Positions 48,651 through 63,419 of a stretch of DNA of 64,000 bases are shown piece after piece; the first letter of the stretch is position 1, and every line of letters starts with the position of its first letter. A model generated the notes under the pieces. It had not been told where the DNA came from. It ran no database searches and was given only the letters and a program-made list of their open reading frames with translations. Source of the DNA: Convolutriloba macropyga (lineage: Eukaryota); contig NC_134474.1 of NCBI RefSeq assembly GCF_964194025.1, positions 24,490,001-24,554,000 on the forward strand. Direction: 5' to 3'. Position numbers and translations under genes: made by a program.

Positions 48651-50894
48651 TAATAACGCACGCATTTGATTTTCAAATATTTTTGTTTAAATATTCGTAA
48701 CATAAGATTTGCTTTTTCTGTGCTGCAAACAGATCATTTGCATCCATGTGTCTGAATAAGGGAAATTGTCAATTTTTATGAGTGCTATCGGCTAGCAGAC
48801 TGTAATTACTCTACATTTGTTTCTTTTCGTACAAAATTGAAACCGCCTTGAAGTGTCACGTAATTAAGTATTGTTTATGCCTAATTCTATTCTGTTGCTT
48901 ATTATCCATTCAGAGTCCTTTGAAACCTAAAAACCCTTCACGCATAAAAATTGTTCTTGATAACCTGTTTTGAAACAATATGAAAACAAGCTAGTCTTCT
49001 TCTTTATCACCTAAAAAGAGTAAAAAGAGCAAATACTTTTCAAAGAAAATTTGAAAGCAATTTTACTTCAGCCCAATACAGAAAAGGCTTTGAACGCAGA
49101 TCACCAATTTAGGTGCGCTCTTTTAAAGGAACTGAAAAGACATATAAAATTAGTGAGAAGTTTTCAAACCTGATAAATCGTGGCGCTTTCAAGCTATGCA
49201 TTGATGATAAATAGGATTTGTTAACTGCGAAGATTCAGATTGTAATTGTTAGCTGTTGAATGACGCTGCTTTATGCTGACTTTGATTGATATGATTGGTT
49301 GCTCTTCTGTTCATGTTTGCTTTGCTTGCTGACTTCAATTTTCTTTTTGATCTGCTTTTTGAATTTTTTACTTTAATTTTTCTCAATGGGACTTTGAATG
49401 ATGATATTCCTCAGTTGGTGTTTTCATTAACTTTTTTATTAGATTGATTTGCAGTCCGTTTTCATTTTTTTCAACATCCGAGGACCAGAGGTCACTCCTG
49501 GTATTTTAATCAAGTTTCTTTAATATTGCAGTGCTCGAGGCTTAGCCGGCATTCAAGAAATTTTTTTTTATTGTTTACCGCATTTATCAATTTCTGAGTG
49601 TGCCTCAATTACAAATTATGAGTGTGCCTAATTTAGAAAAGAAATCAACAAGTTAAGACACTGCTGACCACAAAAACAATGACTACACAAAAACTTCAAT
49701 CGAAACTCCTTCTGAGACGTTTTTTTGCAAAACAAGTACTCCCTAAAGTTTTGTTTGATTCTTGCAAGTCTGCAGAGCGAATGAATTGTCCAATAATATT
49801 ACTACTAGTAATTTCGAGTCCAGTTTAGTGTAATTTGCACTCTTAGTTGATCGATGCTTGGATATGGACAATTCTGATCAATATATATCAGTATTGTCAA
49901 CTAGCTAACAATTATCTTATTGGGTTTGCCGTTTACCTAACGTTTGTTTCTATGTTTTTTTTTGAAATATTTGTCTCTGTTCGTGTTCGTTAAAGTTTTT
50001 TGTTTCTATCTTGTAATTTTTCGGCAATTTGGTTTTGACCTCGTTATTGAGTTTTTCATGCCTTCTTTACGTTTGTTGCTCCTCTGAAGGCTTTTCTGAA
50101 ACGTTTTAGAGCAACATGTAACCTTAGCGTTTGCAATTCCGTATTAAAACGTTTGAGGTGCTGGATTGTCTTTTGAGTTGTTGCGGTTGCCCTCACGTTT
50201 GTCCATTGCTTCAACCTCCTGGACTTGCTCTGCAAATTTTGATGAAATCTTTTACTTGTAAATGTCGGCCAATTATTGTCAATTTTCCTTTCAAGTTCAC
50301 TGGCTAGCCGAAGTTGTTTTTTGGCAAATCTTTTTGGTTGGATCGTAACTTTTTTCAGTTGCTGCAGTTGTTTAGGGAGCTTTTTCCTTCCGAGGAGAAT
50401 AACCGAATGATAGAGGACCATTAATTAGTTAGATCGATTAGCTGTTCAACGACGCTGTTTTCTGCTGGCTTTGATTGACATGATTGGTTGCTTTTCTCTT
50501 CAATATATGCTTTGCTTGCTGATTTTAATTTGTTTTTTGATCTGCTTCTTGAGTTTTCTACGTTAAATTTCCTCAATGTGGTTTTGGAACATTTTTTTTG
50601 TTTTTTTACCATATTTATCAACTTCTGAGTGTACCTCAATTACATATTATGAGTGTAACTCATTTAGAAGAAAAATCAATTTTTTAAAACACTGGTGAAT
50701 GCAAAAAACAAATTCAAAACAAAAACTTCAAGTGAAGATCCTTCTGAGTGGATTTTTTTTGCAAAACAATTACTCTCTAACGCTTTATTTGATTCTTGCG
50801 AGTCTGCAGAGCAAATGAGTTGTCCAGTAATTTTACTACTTGAACAACTTATAATCAACTAACAGCTGGTTTTTTCATATTTTCATTAATATGG

Positions 50895-51480
50895 TGAGAT
50901 CAACTACTGCATTCTGTAATGTTGGCATTGTCTCTGATTGGGTAGTATTAAGCGAGAAAAATTTTATAATCCAACAATTGAAAGCAATACGTAACGCTAA
51001 GATTTGGGTACCGGTTCAGAGTAGCTAATTTTGTGTGTAACAAATGTTCTTCTTTCATTTTGTAATTATAGAAAAACAACTTAAAATCAGCATGAAGGCA
51101 TTAAGTTTTGTAATCTACACATATAACATATATCACACTCGCAGTAGTCGGAAAATGCAACAATTTGATAAACCTTCGACAAAAAATTGTCTCTCTTTTT
51201 TACTCAATGCGAAGAAAGGATCAAAAATGAGTAATGCTGTTTTCGATATGTAACGGCTACTCTCTTGTCAATGACAGGGGAGAATTACACAAATTTCTAT
51301 CAGATTATCAACTCGGGTTTAGTTTTTTAAATAGTTATATGCAATGTACTGTAAATTACTTCAGCGCTTCTGCTTCTCATAACTAATCTTTCAGCTTGGA
51401 ACTCAATTTTATTGCTTGAATAGGAATCGCAAAAAATTTTATGCATAAGAACCCAATTTTTGCTTGAGTTTTACAATAAT
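50895..51480 (-). pseudogene. BAHD 5' gene fragment, copy 1
   Basis: Colinear with 39390-40130 (intron-1 start, exon 1, upstream region); GGGTACCGGTTCAG at 51006. Confidence 0.8.
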
Positions 51481-54400
51481 TCAATATCTTAATAGCAAAA
51501 TCAAAAATCTCAAAGTCTGTTCTTTGAAAAAAGTCAATCATAAAAAAACGAGTATTGAACTGACTAACCAGTCAATCACCAAAAGTGCAGAAATGCTTAT
51601 ATATTTCGCTTGGGTATTCGAAATGTTAACAAATCTAAGTATTTCTAGTCTTCAATTGGATTCGATGACACCAATATGAAACCAGCCAAGGCTTCGTTCA
51701 GGGTGAGAGAACTCTGTGCTTCGCACAAAATTTTTTTTCTTGGTTATTTCTTTTTTCAACTAAGGTTAAAAAGGTATGTACAATTAGTTAAAGTTGATTT
51801 ACAGAAGCAGAAAACAGTAAAAAAATTTACCGCTACAGATAATGTGATTAAAAAAGCACTTAATATCATCTTAATGGAAAAACATCAATTAGTTTTAATT
51901 GAGTTTCGATAACTTTGCAAGCTCTTTTTGTTTTGTTTTTCACGTGGTTTTACTTGTCAAACTGCATCTTTGGGAGACTGGATACAAACTTGGGGAAAAA
52001 TTTCTTTGAACTCTTTTTTTCTGATATTGCGATGTCTCGTATGGTGCCTCAAAAACATTATACTCATCGCAAAATTTTAATGGCATACCAAATATGCTTT
52101 CTTTTATTCGATTTGAGCGTGTATTGTCAATTTGGTATAGAAATCCGTAAATCGCGCTTGCGGGGCATTTATGATTTGGTGAAAGGGAATTGGTTCATTC
52201 TCACTTCATGTGTGAAACTCACGTCCTGGGTTTTCCTCCTCCCAAAAAGGTAAGAGTACGGCTGCAACAGTAGAAACAGAGAATAAACCCTTAAGTTCTA
52301 ACATTAATTTACCTCCCCTGACAGACCAAAAAGATGTAAAAAAGGGAGGTATTGTTTGTCCCTCACTCTTGCATCGTTTGACCTCTTAGCAGACTAAAAA
52401 TGCAAGAGCCTTGAGCTTCAATTTCTTAAAAAATCTTTCCCTTGCGGCCCCACTCTGACATCATTATACACCTTTCACCACCCCATCATACCCTTTCACC
52501 ACCCCACCTTTTACGCCCTCTGCGCAGCCCCATTTTACACAATTTTAGCCGTTCTCATCATGTTAGCCCCTACTCCGACAACATTTTATCTCAATTCGAG
52601 GCGCTAATCTTACATTGTATAACCCCAATATTCATGGAGTGATAAACTTGAACCTAAATTCAATTTTCAACTCGAAATTTCAATTTTCAAGAGTGCCATC
52701 AGCTAGCGCACTGTGATTGCTTAAAATCTGTTTCTTTTTTTTACAGATTTGAAACCAGCTTGAAGTGTCAAGTATTCAAAACCAGTTCCTACTTAATTCT
52801 TTTCGCCGCTGATTTGTCTTTAAGAGTGCTTTGAAAGCTAAAAACCCTTCACGCATGAAAGTTGTTCTTGATAACCTGATTTGAAACAAAATCAAAAGAA
52901 GCTGGTCTTCATCTTTATCACCAAAAAAAATAAAAAGGGCTGACACTTTTTATTAAAAAAGGAACGCAATTTCAGCTCAGCCAATTACAGAAACGCAGAT
53001 CAACTGTTTGGGTGGGCTCTTTTAAAGGAATTCAAAAAAAACATATGAAATGAGTGAGAAATTTTCAAACCTGATGATCTGTGGCACTTTCATGCTATGC
53101 ACTAATGATGAAATATGGCCTTCAAATCATTTTTCAAAAAAACCTATCCGCATCATAGAACTATAAAAAAGATCGCACATCAAGCTAACGCTCACTTTGC
53201 ACTACCTATAAAAATTTTTGAACGTTAATTATCTCTGAGTCAGGTATTGGCCATTGATCCACTATAGCGATGAACATTGAAGACCTCTCTGGTTATTCGA
53301 GATGTTTTCTATCAAAGATGCTCGACTTCAAATTCATTATAATGCAGCACCCTGAAAATCTAACGGCTTTTTAAAAACCAGCTTTTGCTAAGAAATCGCA
53401 CCAGTCCTCAACACTTAATTGACGATCACTTGAACTCAACAACTCGAGAAATTACCATGCTTGTTTGGTTCAAAGTTGGTTTCTCTTCCAGTGCTTGATT
53501 ACAAAGCGAGCTGTTGATTACTTTGGTGATAGAAGTCGTTGATTTTACTGGCGCAGTTGGAGAAATCCTTTTTCTTTGGGGGTTCTGTTACATGTTCACT
53601 TGTCTGAAAACAAAAACTCATTGGTTTGAGGGAATCCTCTGAGTTTTTTGCGCAATTTGCAGTCCAGTTTAGTGTTATTTGCGCCCTTAGTTGGTCGATG
53701 CTTGGATATGGACAATTCTGTTCTAAAATCTATCAGTGTTGTCAAGTGGCCAACAATTTTCATATGGGGTTTGCCGTTCACCTAACGTTTGTTCCCGCAC
53801 TTTCGATGCTTTTTTTAAATAATTGTCTCTATTCGTGTTCATTAAGGTTTTTTGCTTCTTTCTTGTAAGGTTTCGTTGCTTTCTTGTCTTTAGTCCAATA
53901 GTGTTGTAGTTTGAAAGCACTTTCATCTTAGATTTTTACCAACTTCGACTAATTGGTTTTGACCTCGGAATGCAAAAAGGTTCTGACCTCGTTTTTCATG
54001 CGTTCTTCACGTTTGTTGCTCCGCTGGAGTTTTTCTGAAAAGTTTTCGAGCAATATGTAACCTTAGCGTTTGCAATTCCGTATTAAAACGTTCGAGGTGC
54101 TGGATTGTTTTTTTTGAGCTGTTGCGGTTACCCTCACGTTTGTCCTTGCTTCAATCTCCTGCACTTGCTCTGCAAGTTTTGTTGGATGAAATCTTTTACT
54201 TGTTAATGCAAGCCAATTATTGTCAATTTTCCTTTCACATTCACTGGCTAGCCAAAGTTGTTATTTGACAAATCTTTCTGGTTGAATTGTAATTTTTTTA
54301 GTTGCTGCAGTTGTTTAGAGAGCTCTTACCTTCGGAGGAGAATAACTGAATGATAGAGGACCATTATATTGTTAGATTGATTAGCTATCGAAAGACGCTG

Positions 54401-54682
54401 TTTTCTGCTGACTGTTGTTGACATGATTGGTTGCTTTTCTCTTCAATATTTGCTTTGCTTGCTGACTTTAATTTGCTTTTTGATCTGCTTCTTGAGTTTT
54501 CTACGTTAATTTTTCTCAATGTGGCTTTGGATGATGATATTCATCATTTGGTGTCTTCCTTAACCTTTTCATTGGATTGATTTTATTTTTCAACGTCGGA
54601 CTACCAGAACTGGTATCTTAAGTGAGGTTTTTTAATATTGCCGTAATCGAGGCATTGATTTTTTCATATTTTCATTAACTTG

Positions 54683-55270
54683 GTGAGATCAGTTACTGCA
54701 TTCTATAATGTTGGCATTGTCTCTATAATGTCTATAATCCAACAATTGAAAGCAATACGTACCGCTAAAATTTGGGTACCGGTTCAGAGTAGCTAATAAT
54801 CTGTGTAACAAATGTTCCTCTTGCATTTTGTAATTATAGAAAAACAACTTAAAATCAGAATGAAGGCCTCAAGTTTTGTAATCAACAAAAAGAACATTGG
54901 TTATCATCGCTCTCGCAGTAGTCGGAAACTGCTACAAAATGATAAGCCTTCGACAACCCGTTTTCTCCCTCTTTTTATTCCCTGCGAAAAAAGGATGTTT
55001 TTTGATATGGAAGGGCTACTCTCTTGTCAATGACAGGGAAAAATTACACCTCCCAATTCATTTGGTTGTTTCAATTCTATCAGGATATCGACTCTTTCTG
55101 GTTTAGTTTTTAAATGGTATTATGCACTGTACTGTAAATTAATTGTGCACATCTGGTTCTCAGTGAATCCCCGTAACTATTCTTTCAGCCACCAACTCAA
55201 TTCTTTCGCGTGAAAAAGAATTGCAAAAAATTCCATGCTTAAGAACTCAAATTTTGCTTGAGTTTTACAA
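54683..55270 (-). pseudogene. BAHD 5' gene fragment, copy 2
   Basis: Minus translation FFYNYKMQEEHLLHRLLATLNRYPNFSG vs gene FFYNYKVQDEQLLRALEATLNRYPELSG; donor GTATTG retained, ATG lost. Confidence 0.85.
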
Positions 55271-58200
55271 TAATGCAATATCTTAATAGCGAAACCATAA
55301 TCCTCAAAGTCTAATTTTTGAAAAAAGTCATTCATAAAAGAAATCGAGAGTTGAACTGACTAATCAATCACCAAGAGTGCAGAAATGCTTATATATTTCC
55401 CTTGGGCATTCCAAATGTCAACAAATCTGACGTGTTTTTAGTGTTCGATTGGATTCGATAACATCAATATGAAACTAACCAAGGCTTCGTTCAAGGTGAG
55501 AGAACTCTGTGCTTTGAACAAAACTTTTTTGCTTCTTTATTTCTATTTTCAAACAAGGTTAAAAATATATGTACAACTATTAAAAGTTGATTTACAGAAG
55601 CAGGAAATAGTAAAAAATTACCGCTCCAGATAATGTGATTCAAGAAGCACTGTATGTTAGCTTAATAGGAAAACATCAATGAGCTTTAATTGGGCTTTGT
55701 TAATTTTTCAAGCTCTTTTCGTTTTGATTTTCAGGTGGTTTAACTCGTCAAAATGCATCTTTGGGAGACTGGATATAAACTTGCGGACAAATTTCTCTGA
55801 ACTCTGAATTGCGATATCTCGTATGGTAACACTAAAACATTATATTCATCACGAAATTTTACTAGCATACCAAATATGCTTTTTTCTAATCCATTTGAGC
55901 GTGTATTGTCAATTTGGTATAGAATTCAGTAAATCGCGCATGCGTGGCTTTTATGATTTGGTGAAAGGGAAACGGTTCATTCTCACTTCTTTTGTGATAC
56001 TCACGTCCTGTGTTTATTTTTCCTCACAAAAAGGTAAGAGTATGGCTGCAACAGTGCAAACAGAGAAAACACTCCTAAGTTCTCACATTATTTTACCTCC
56101 CCTGAGGGACCAAAAAGATGTAAAAATAGGGAGGTATTTTTTGTCCCTCACTCTTGCATCGTTTGACCCCCTAGCAGACTAAAAATGCAAGAGCTTTGAG
56201 CTTCAATTTCTTAAAAAGTCTTTCCCTTGCGGCCCCACTCTGACATCATTATACACCTTTCACCAACCCAATTTTACGCCCTCTGCGCAGCCTCCTTTTA
56301 CACAATTTTAGCCGTTCTCAATATGTTAGCCCCTACTCCGACAACATTTTATCTCAATTGGAGGCGCTAATCTTACATTGTATAACCCCAATATTCGTGG
56401 AGTGATAAACTTGAACCTAATATATGTGTGAAATTTCAATTTTTATGAGTGCCATCAGCTAACGGACTGTGATTGCTTAACATCTGTTTCCTTTTTTACA
56501 CATTTGAAAACGCCTTGAAGTGTCACGTATTTAAAAACCGTTTACGCCTACTTCTTTTCCTTGCTTATTATCCATTCAGAATCCTTTGAAATCTTAAAAC
56601 TCTTCACGCATGAAAGTCGTTGTTCAGGATATCCACATTTGAAACAAAATCAAAACAATCTAGTCTTCATCTTTATCACCTCAAAAATTAAAAAGGACCA
56701 ACACTTTTTAAAAAAACACAGAACGCAATTTTAGCTCAGCCTTTACAGAAACGCAGATCAACTAATTGGAGGCTCACTTCTGAAAGAATTCAAAAAAGAA
56801 CAGATGAAATGAGTGAGAAATTTTCAAACCTGATGATGCGTGGCACTTTCATGCTATGCACTAATGATGAAATATGGCCTTCAAAACTTTTTTCAAAAAA
56901 ACCTATCCTTATCATAGAACTATAAAAAAGAACCCACATCAAGCTAATGCTCACTTTGCTCTACCTATAAGTAAAAATTTTTCAACGCTAATTATCTCTG
57001 AGTCAAGTCAGGTATTGGTCATTGATCCACTATAGCGACCAACATTGTAGACCACTCTGGCGATTCGAGAAGCTTTCCATCAAAGATGTTCAACTTCAAT
57101 TTCATTTTGTTTCCGCAACTTGAAAATCTAACGGTGAATTAAAAACCAGCTCTTGCTGAAACATCAAACCAGTCCTCAACACATAATTGACGATCACTTG
57201 AAGTCAATAACTCGAGAAGTTACCATGCGTGTTTATTTCAAAGGTTGCTTCTCTTCCAGCGCTTGATTAAAAAGCGAGCTGTTGATTACTTTAGCGTTAG
57301 AAGTTGTTGATTTTACTGGCCCAGTTGGAAAAATCCTTCTTTTTTGGGTTTCTCTTAGATGTTCACTTGTCTGAAAACAAAAATTCATGTGTTTGAAGTA
57401 ATCCTCTGATGTTTTTTTTGTGCAATTTCGAGTCCAGTTTAGTGTAATTTGCGCTCTTAGTTGATCGATGCTTGGATATGGACAATTCTGATCAATATAT
57501 ATCAGTATTGTCAACTAGCTAACAATTATCTTATTGGGTTTGCCGTTTACCTAACGTTTGTTCCCACAGTTTCTAAGTTTTTGTGAAATATTTGTCTCTG
57601 TTCGTGTTCGTTAAAGTTTTTTGTTTCTATCTTGTAATTTTTCGGCAATTTGGTTTTGACCTAGTTATTGAGTTTTTCATGCCTTCTTTACGTTTGTTGC
57701 TCCTCTGAAGGCTTTTCTGAAACGTTTTAGAGCAACATGTAACCTTAGCGTTTGCAATTCCGTATTAAAACGTTTGAGGTGCTGGATTGTCTTTTGAGTT
57801 GTTGCGGTTGCACTCACGTTTGTCCATTGCTTCAACCTTCTGGACTTGCTCTGCAAATTTTGATGAAATCTTTTACTTGTGAATGTCGGCCAATTATTGT
57901 CAATTTTCCTTTCAAATTCATTGGCTAGCCGAAGTTGTTTTTTGGCAAATCTTTCTGGTTGGATTGTAACTTTTTTCAGTTGCTGCAGTTGTTTAGGGAG
58001 CTTTTTCCTTCCGAGGAGAATAACCGAATGATAGAGGACCATTAATTAGTTAGATCGATTAGCTGTTCAACGACGCTGTTTTCTGCTGGCTTTGACTGAC
58101 ATGATCGGTTGCTTTTCTCTTCAATATATGCTTTGCTTGCTGATTTTAATTTGCTTTTTGATCTGCTTCTTGAGTTTTCTACGTTAAATTTCCTCAATGT

Positions 58201-58517
58201 GGTTTTGGAACAATTTTTTTGTTTTTTTTTACCATATTTATCAACTTCTGAGTGTACCTCAATTACATATTATGAGTGTAACTCATTTAGAAGAAAAATC
58301 AATTGTTTAAAACACTGGTGAATGCAAAAAACAAATTCAAAACAAAAACTTCAAGTGAAGATCCTTCTGAGTGGATTTTTTTTGCAAAACAATTACTCTC
58401 TAACGCTTTATTTGATTCTTGCGAGTCTGCAGAGCAAATGAGTTGTCCAATAATTTTACTACTTGAACAACTTATAATCAACTAACAGTTGGTTTTTTTC
58501 ATATTTTCATTAATATG

Positions 58518-59120
58518 GTGAGATCAACTACTGCATTCTGTAATGTTGGCATTGTCTCTGATTGGGTAGTATTAAGCGAGAAAAATTTTATAATCCAACA
58601 ATTGAAAGCAATACGTAACGCTAAGATTTGGGTACCGGTTCAGAGTAGCTAATTTTGTGTGTAACAAATGTTCCTTTTGCATTTTTAATTATAGAAAAAC
58701 AACTTAAAATCAGAATGAAGGCATCAAGTTTTGTAATTAACAAAAAAACATTTGTTATCATCGCTCTGGCAGTAGTCGGAAACTGCAACAAAATGATAAG
58801 CCCTCGACAACCCGTTTTCTCCCCTTTTTATTCCTTACGAAGAAAGGATGTTTTTTTTATATGGAAGGGCTACTCTCTTGTTAATGACAGGGAAAAATTA
58901 CACCTCCCAATTCATTTCTGTGTTTCAATTCTATCAGGATATCGACTCTTTCTGGTTTAGTTTTTAAATGGTATTATGCACTGTACTTTAAATTACTTTT
59001 GCACATCTAGTTCTCAGTGAATCCCCGTTACTGTTCTTTCAGCCTGTAACTCAATTCTTTCGCTTGAGTAAGACTTGCTGAAATACTTGCATGCTTAAGA
59101 ACCAAATCCTGCTTGAGTTT
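58518..59120 (-). pseudogene. BAHD 5' gene fragment, copy 3
   Basis: Same block; GGGTACCGGTTCAG at 58630. Confidence 0.8.
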
Positions 59121-62100
59121 TACAATAATTCAATATCTTAATAGCAAAACCATAAACCTCAAAGTCTATTTTTTGAACAAAGTCAATCATAAAGGAAAAT
59201 GAGAATTGAACTGACTAATCAATCACCAAAAGCGCAGAAATGCTTTTATATTTCCCTTGGGCTTTCCAATTGTCAACAAATCTGACGTGTTTCTAGTGTT
59301 CGATTGGATTCGATAACACCAATATGAAACTAACCAAAGCTTCGTTCATGATGAGAGAACTCTGTGCTTCGCACAAAGCTTTTGTGCTTGTTTATTTCTA
59401 TTTTCAAACAAGTTTAAAAATAGATGTACAATTATTAAAAGTTGATTTACAGAAGCAGGAAATAGTAAAAATTTACCGCTCCAGATAATGTGATTAAAAA
59501 AGCACTGTATGTCAGCTTAATAGGAAAAGATCAATTAGTTTTTGTTGAGTTTTGATAATTTTTCAAGCTCTTCTTCATTCGCTTTTCACGTTGTTTTACT
59601 TGTCAAATTGCATCTTTGAGAGACTGGATATAAATGTGGGGACACATTTGTTTGAACTCTTTTTCTCTGATATTGCCATATCCCGAATGGTAACTCAAAA
59701 ACATTATACTCATCACAAAATTTTACTGGCATACCCAAAAATGCTTTCTTTTATCCCATTGGAGCGTTTATTGTCAATTTGGTATAGAAATCCGTGAACC
59801 GCGCTTGCGTGGCATTTATGATTTGGTGAAAGGGAAGCGGTTCATTTTCACTTCATGTGTGAAACTCACGTCCTGGGTATATTTTTCCTCAAAAAAAGGT
59901 AAGAGGCTGGTTGCAACAGTAGAAACAGAGAAAACAACCCTAAGTTCTCACATTGTTTTACCTCCCCTGACAGACCAAAAAGATTTTAAAATAGGGAGTT
60001 ATTTTTTGTCCCTCACTCTTGCATCGTTTGACACCCTAGCAGACTAAAAATGCAAGAGTTTTGAGCTTCAATTTCTTAAAAAATTTTTCCCTTGCAGCCC
60101 CACCCCTACATCATCATACCCCTTTCGCCGCCCCAATTTTGCAAGGTTTTACGCCTTCTTCGCAGCCCCCTTTTACACCATTTTAGCCGTTCCCAACATG
60201 TTAGCCCCCACTCTTACATCATTTTATCTCAATTGGAGGCGCTAATCTTACATTGTATAACCCCAACTTTCATAGAGTGATAAACTTGAACCTAAAATAT
60301 GTGTGAAATTTCAATTTTTATGAGTGCCATCAGCTAGTGGACTGTGATTGCTTAACAACTGTTTCCTTTCTTACATGCTTGAAAACGCCTTGAAGTGTCA
60401 CGTATTCAAGAACAGTTTCTACTTAATTCTTTTCCGCCGCTGATCTTCCTTTCAGAGAGCTTTGAAAGCTGAAAACCCTTCACTGTAAATTGTAAGTTGA
60501 AAGTTGTTCTTGATAACCTGATTTGAAACAAAATCAAAACAAGCTAGTCATCATATTTATCACCGAAAAAATAAAAAGAGGTGGCACTTTTTTTAAGAGA
60601 AGGAACGCAATTTTAGCTCAGCCCATTACAGAAACACAGATCACCTGTTTGGGTGGGCTCTTTTAAAGAATTAAAAAAAACAGATGAAATGAGTGAGAAA
60701 TTTTCAAACCTGATGATCCGTTGCACTTTCAAGCTACGCACTGATGATAAAATGTGGCCTTCAAAATTTTTTCCAAAAAACTGAATCAGCATCATATAAC
60801 TGTGAAGAGAACGCACATCAAGATAATGCTCACTTTGCCCTACCTATATGTGAAAGTTTTTGAACGCTAATTATCTCTGAGTCAGGTATTGGTCACTGAT
60901 CCACTGTAGCGATGAAAATTGTAGACCACTCTGGCGATTCGAGATGGTTTCCATCGAATATGTTCGACTTCAGTTTCATTATTTTGCTCCAACCTGAAAA
61001 TCTAACGGTGAATTAAAAACCAGCTCTTACTGAAACATCGCACCAGTCCTCAACAGTTGATTGACGATTACTTGAACTCAATAACTTGAGAAGTTACCAT
61101 GCGTTTTTAGTTCAAAGGTTGCTTCTACTCCAAAGCTTGATTACAAAACGTGCTTTTGGTTGCTCTGGCGTTAGAAATTGCTGATTTTACTGGCCCAGTT
61201 GGAGAAATCCTTTTTTTTGGGGTTCTGTTATATGTTCACTTGTCTGAGAAGAAAAATTCATTTGTTTGAGTTAGCTTTCTGATGTTTTTTTGTGAAATTT
61301 TTGCTCCAGTTCAGTGTAATTTGCGCTCTTAGTTCGTCGATGCTTGGACCAGGACGATTCTGTTCCAAAATCCATCGGTGATGCCAACAAGCTGACAATT
61401 ATCATTTTAGGTTTGCCGCTTACCTCACGTTTGATCCCGCACTTTCTTTGCTCTTTTTTGAAAAATTTGTCTCTATTCGTGTTCAATGAGATTCTTTTAT
61501 TTCTATCTTGTAGGGTTTCTTCGCTTTATTGTCCTTAATCCAATGGTGTTGTAGTTCGTAAGCATAGATCTTGATTGGCATAGATCGTGTAAGCATCAAA
61601 GATTTTACCAACTTCGACTCAATTGAAGTTTGTTTGCAACTTGGTTTGGAACACCATATTGAGTTCTTATGCGTTCTTCACGTTTTTGCTCCGCTAAAGA
61701 TGTTTCTGAAACGTTTTAGAGCAACGTTTAACCTTAGCGTTTGCAATTCCTCCGTATTAAAACGTTCGAGGTGCTGAACTGATTTTTGAGCTGTTGCTGT
61801 TACCCTCAATTTTGTTCATTGCTTCAATCTCGTGGACTTGCTCTGCAATATTTGCTGAATGAGTAATTTCACTTGTAAATGCAAGCCAATTATTGTCAAT
61901 TTTTGTTATAAACTCACTGGCTAACCGAAGTTGTTTTTTGACAAATTGTTTTGGTTAGATTGCAACTTTTTTCAGTTGCTGCAGTTGTTTAGAGAGCTCT
62001 TATCTTCGGAGGGAAATATTTTAATGATAGAGAACCTTTAATCGGTTAGATAGATTAGCTGTTGAATGACGCTGTTTTCTGCTGATTTTGATTGACATGA

Positions 62101-62644
62101 TTGGTTGGTCTTCTATTCATGTTTGCTTTTCCGCTGACTTTAATTTGCTTTATGATCTGCTTCTTGAGTTTTCTACTTTATTTTTTCTCAATGGGCTTTG
62201 TTGATGATATTCCTCAGTTTGTGTCTTCGTTGACTTTTTCATTGGATTGATCTGCAGTCTGATTTCATTTTTCAACGTCTGAGGACCAGAGGTCACTCCT
62301 GGTCCCTTAATCGAGTTTCTTTCATATTGCCGTGCTCGAGGTTTAGCCGGCATTCAACAAACATATTTTATTGTTTTTCACATTTGTCAATTTATGAGTG
62401 TATCTCATTTACCAAATTAAAAGTGTACCTCATTTAACAAGATTTCATAATTTAAAACACTGCTGACCAAAAAAACAATAACAACTCAAAAACAAACTCC
62501 AAATAAGTTTTTTTCCGACCGTAATGCCTGACGTTTTATTTGATTCTTGCCAGTCTGTAGAGCAAATGAATTGTTCAATTTTTTTTCGTTTTGAATAACT
62601 TAGAATCAACTAACAGTTGGATATTTCATATTTTCAGCAAACTG

Positions 62645-62870
62645 GTGAGATCATTTACTGCATTCTATAATGTTGGCATTTTCTCCGGTTGATCAGTATT
62701 AAGAGATCAAAAATTTATAATCTAACAATTGAAATAAAAAAGCGTACAGCCAAAATTTTGGGTACCGGTCTAGTGTAGCCAATATTTTGTGTAACAAATA
62801 TTCTTCTTCCGACTTTTAAATATAGAAAAACAACTTAAAATCAGAACGAAGGCATCAAAATTTGTAATCA
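62645..62870 (-). pseudogene. BAHD 5' gene fragment, copy 4 (truncated)
   Basis: GGGTACCGGTCTAGTGTAGCC at 62760; ends at a deletion junction ~62870. Confidence 0.75.
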
Positions 62871-63419
62871 TTGTATAGAATTCCGTAAAATTGGTATAGA
62901 ATTCTGTAAATTGCGAATGCTTGGCATTTACGATTTGGTGAAAACGAAGCAGTTCACTCTCACTTCACGTGTGAAACTCACTCCCGGGATTTATTTTTCA
63001 GCCCAAAATATGTAAGAGTAGGGCCGCAACAGTAGAAACAGAGAAAGTTCCCCTAAGCTCTTGTATCATATTACCTCCCTTGACAGACCAAAAAAATGAA
63101 AGAGTGGAGAGGTAAATGGTTTTTTGGCGCTCACTCTTGCATCATGTTGCCCTCTTGGCAGCCCAAAAGCGCAAGAGCTTCGAGTTGCAAATTCCTAAAA
63201 CATCTTCCCCTTGCAGCCCTACACTTACATCATTATTCGCGCCTTCGTGGCCCCACTCTTAAAAAATTTCACGCAATTTTCGCATCCTCACTTGTACACT
63301 TTTAGCCGTTCTCAACAAATTAGCCCAAACTCTTGGATCAATATACACCAATTGGAGGCGCTAATCTTACATTCTTTTAACCCCAATACTTGTGGAGTGA
63401 TAGCCTTGAACCTAAAACA

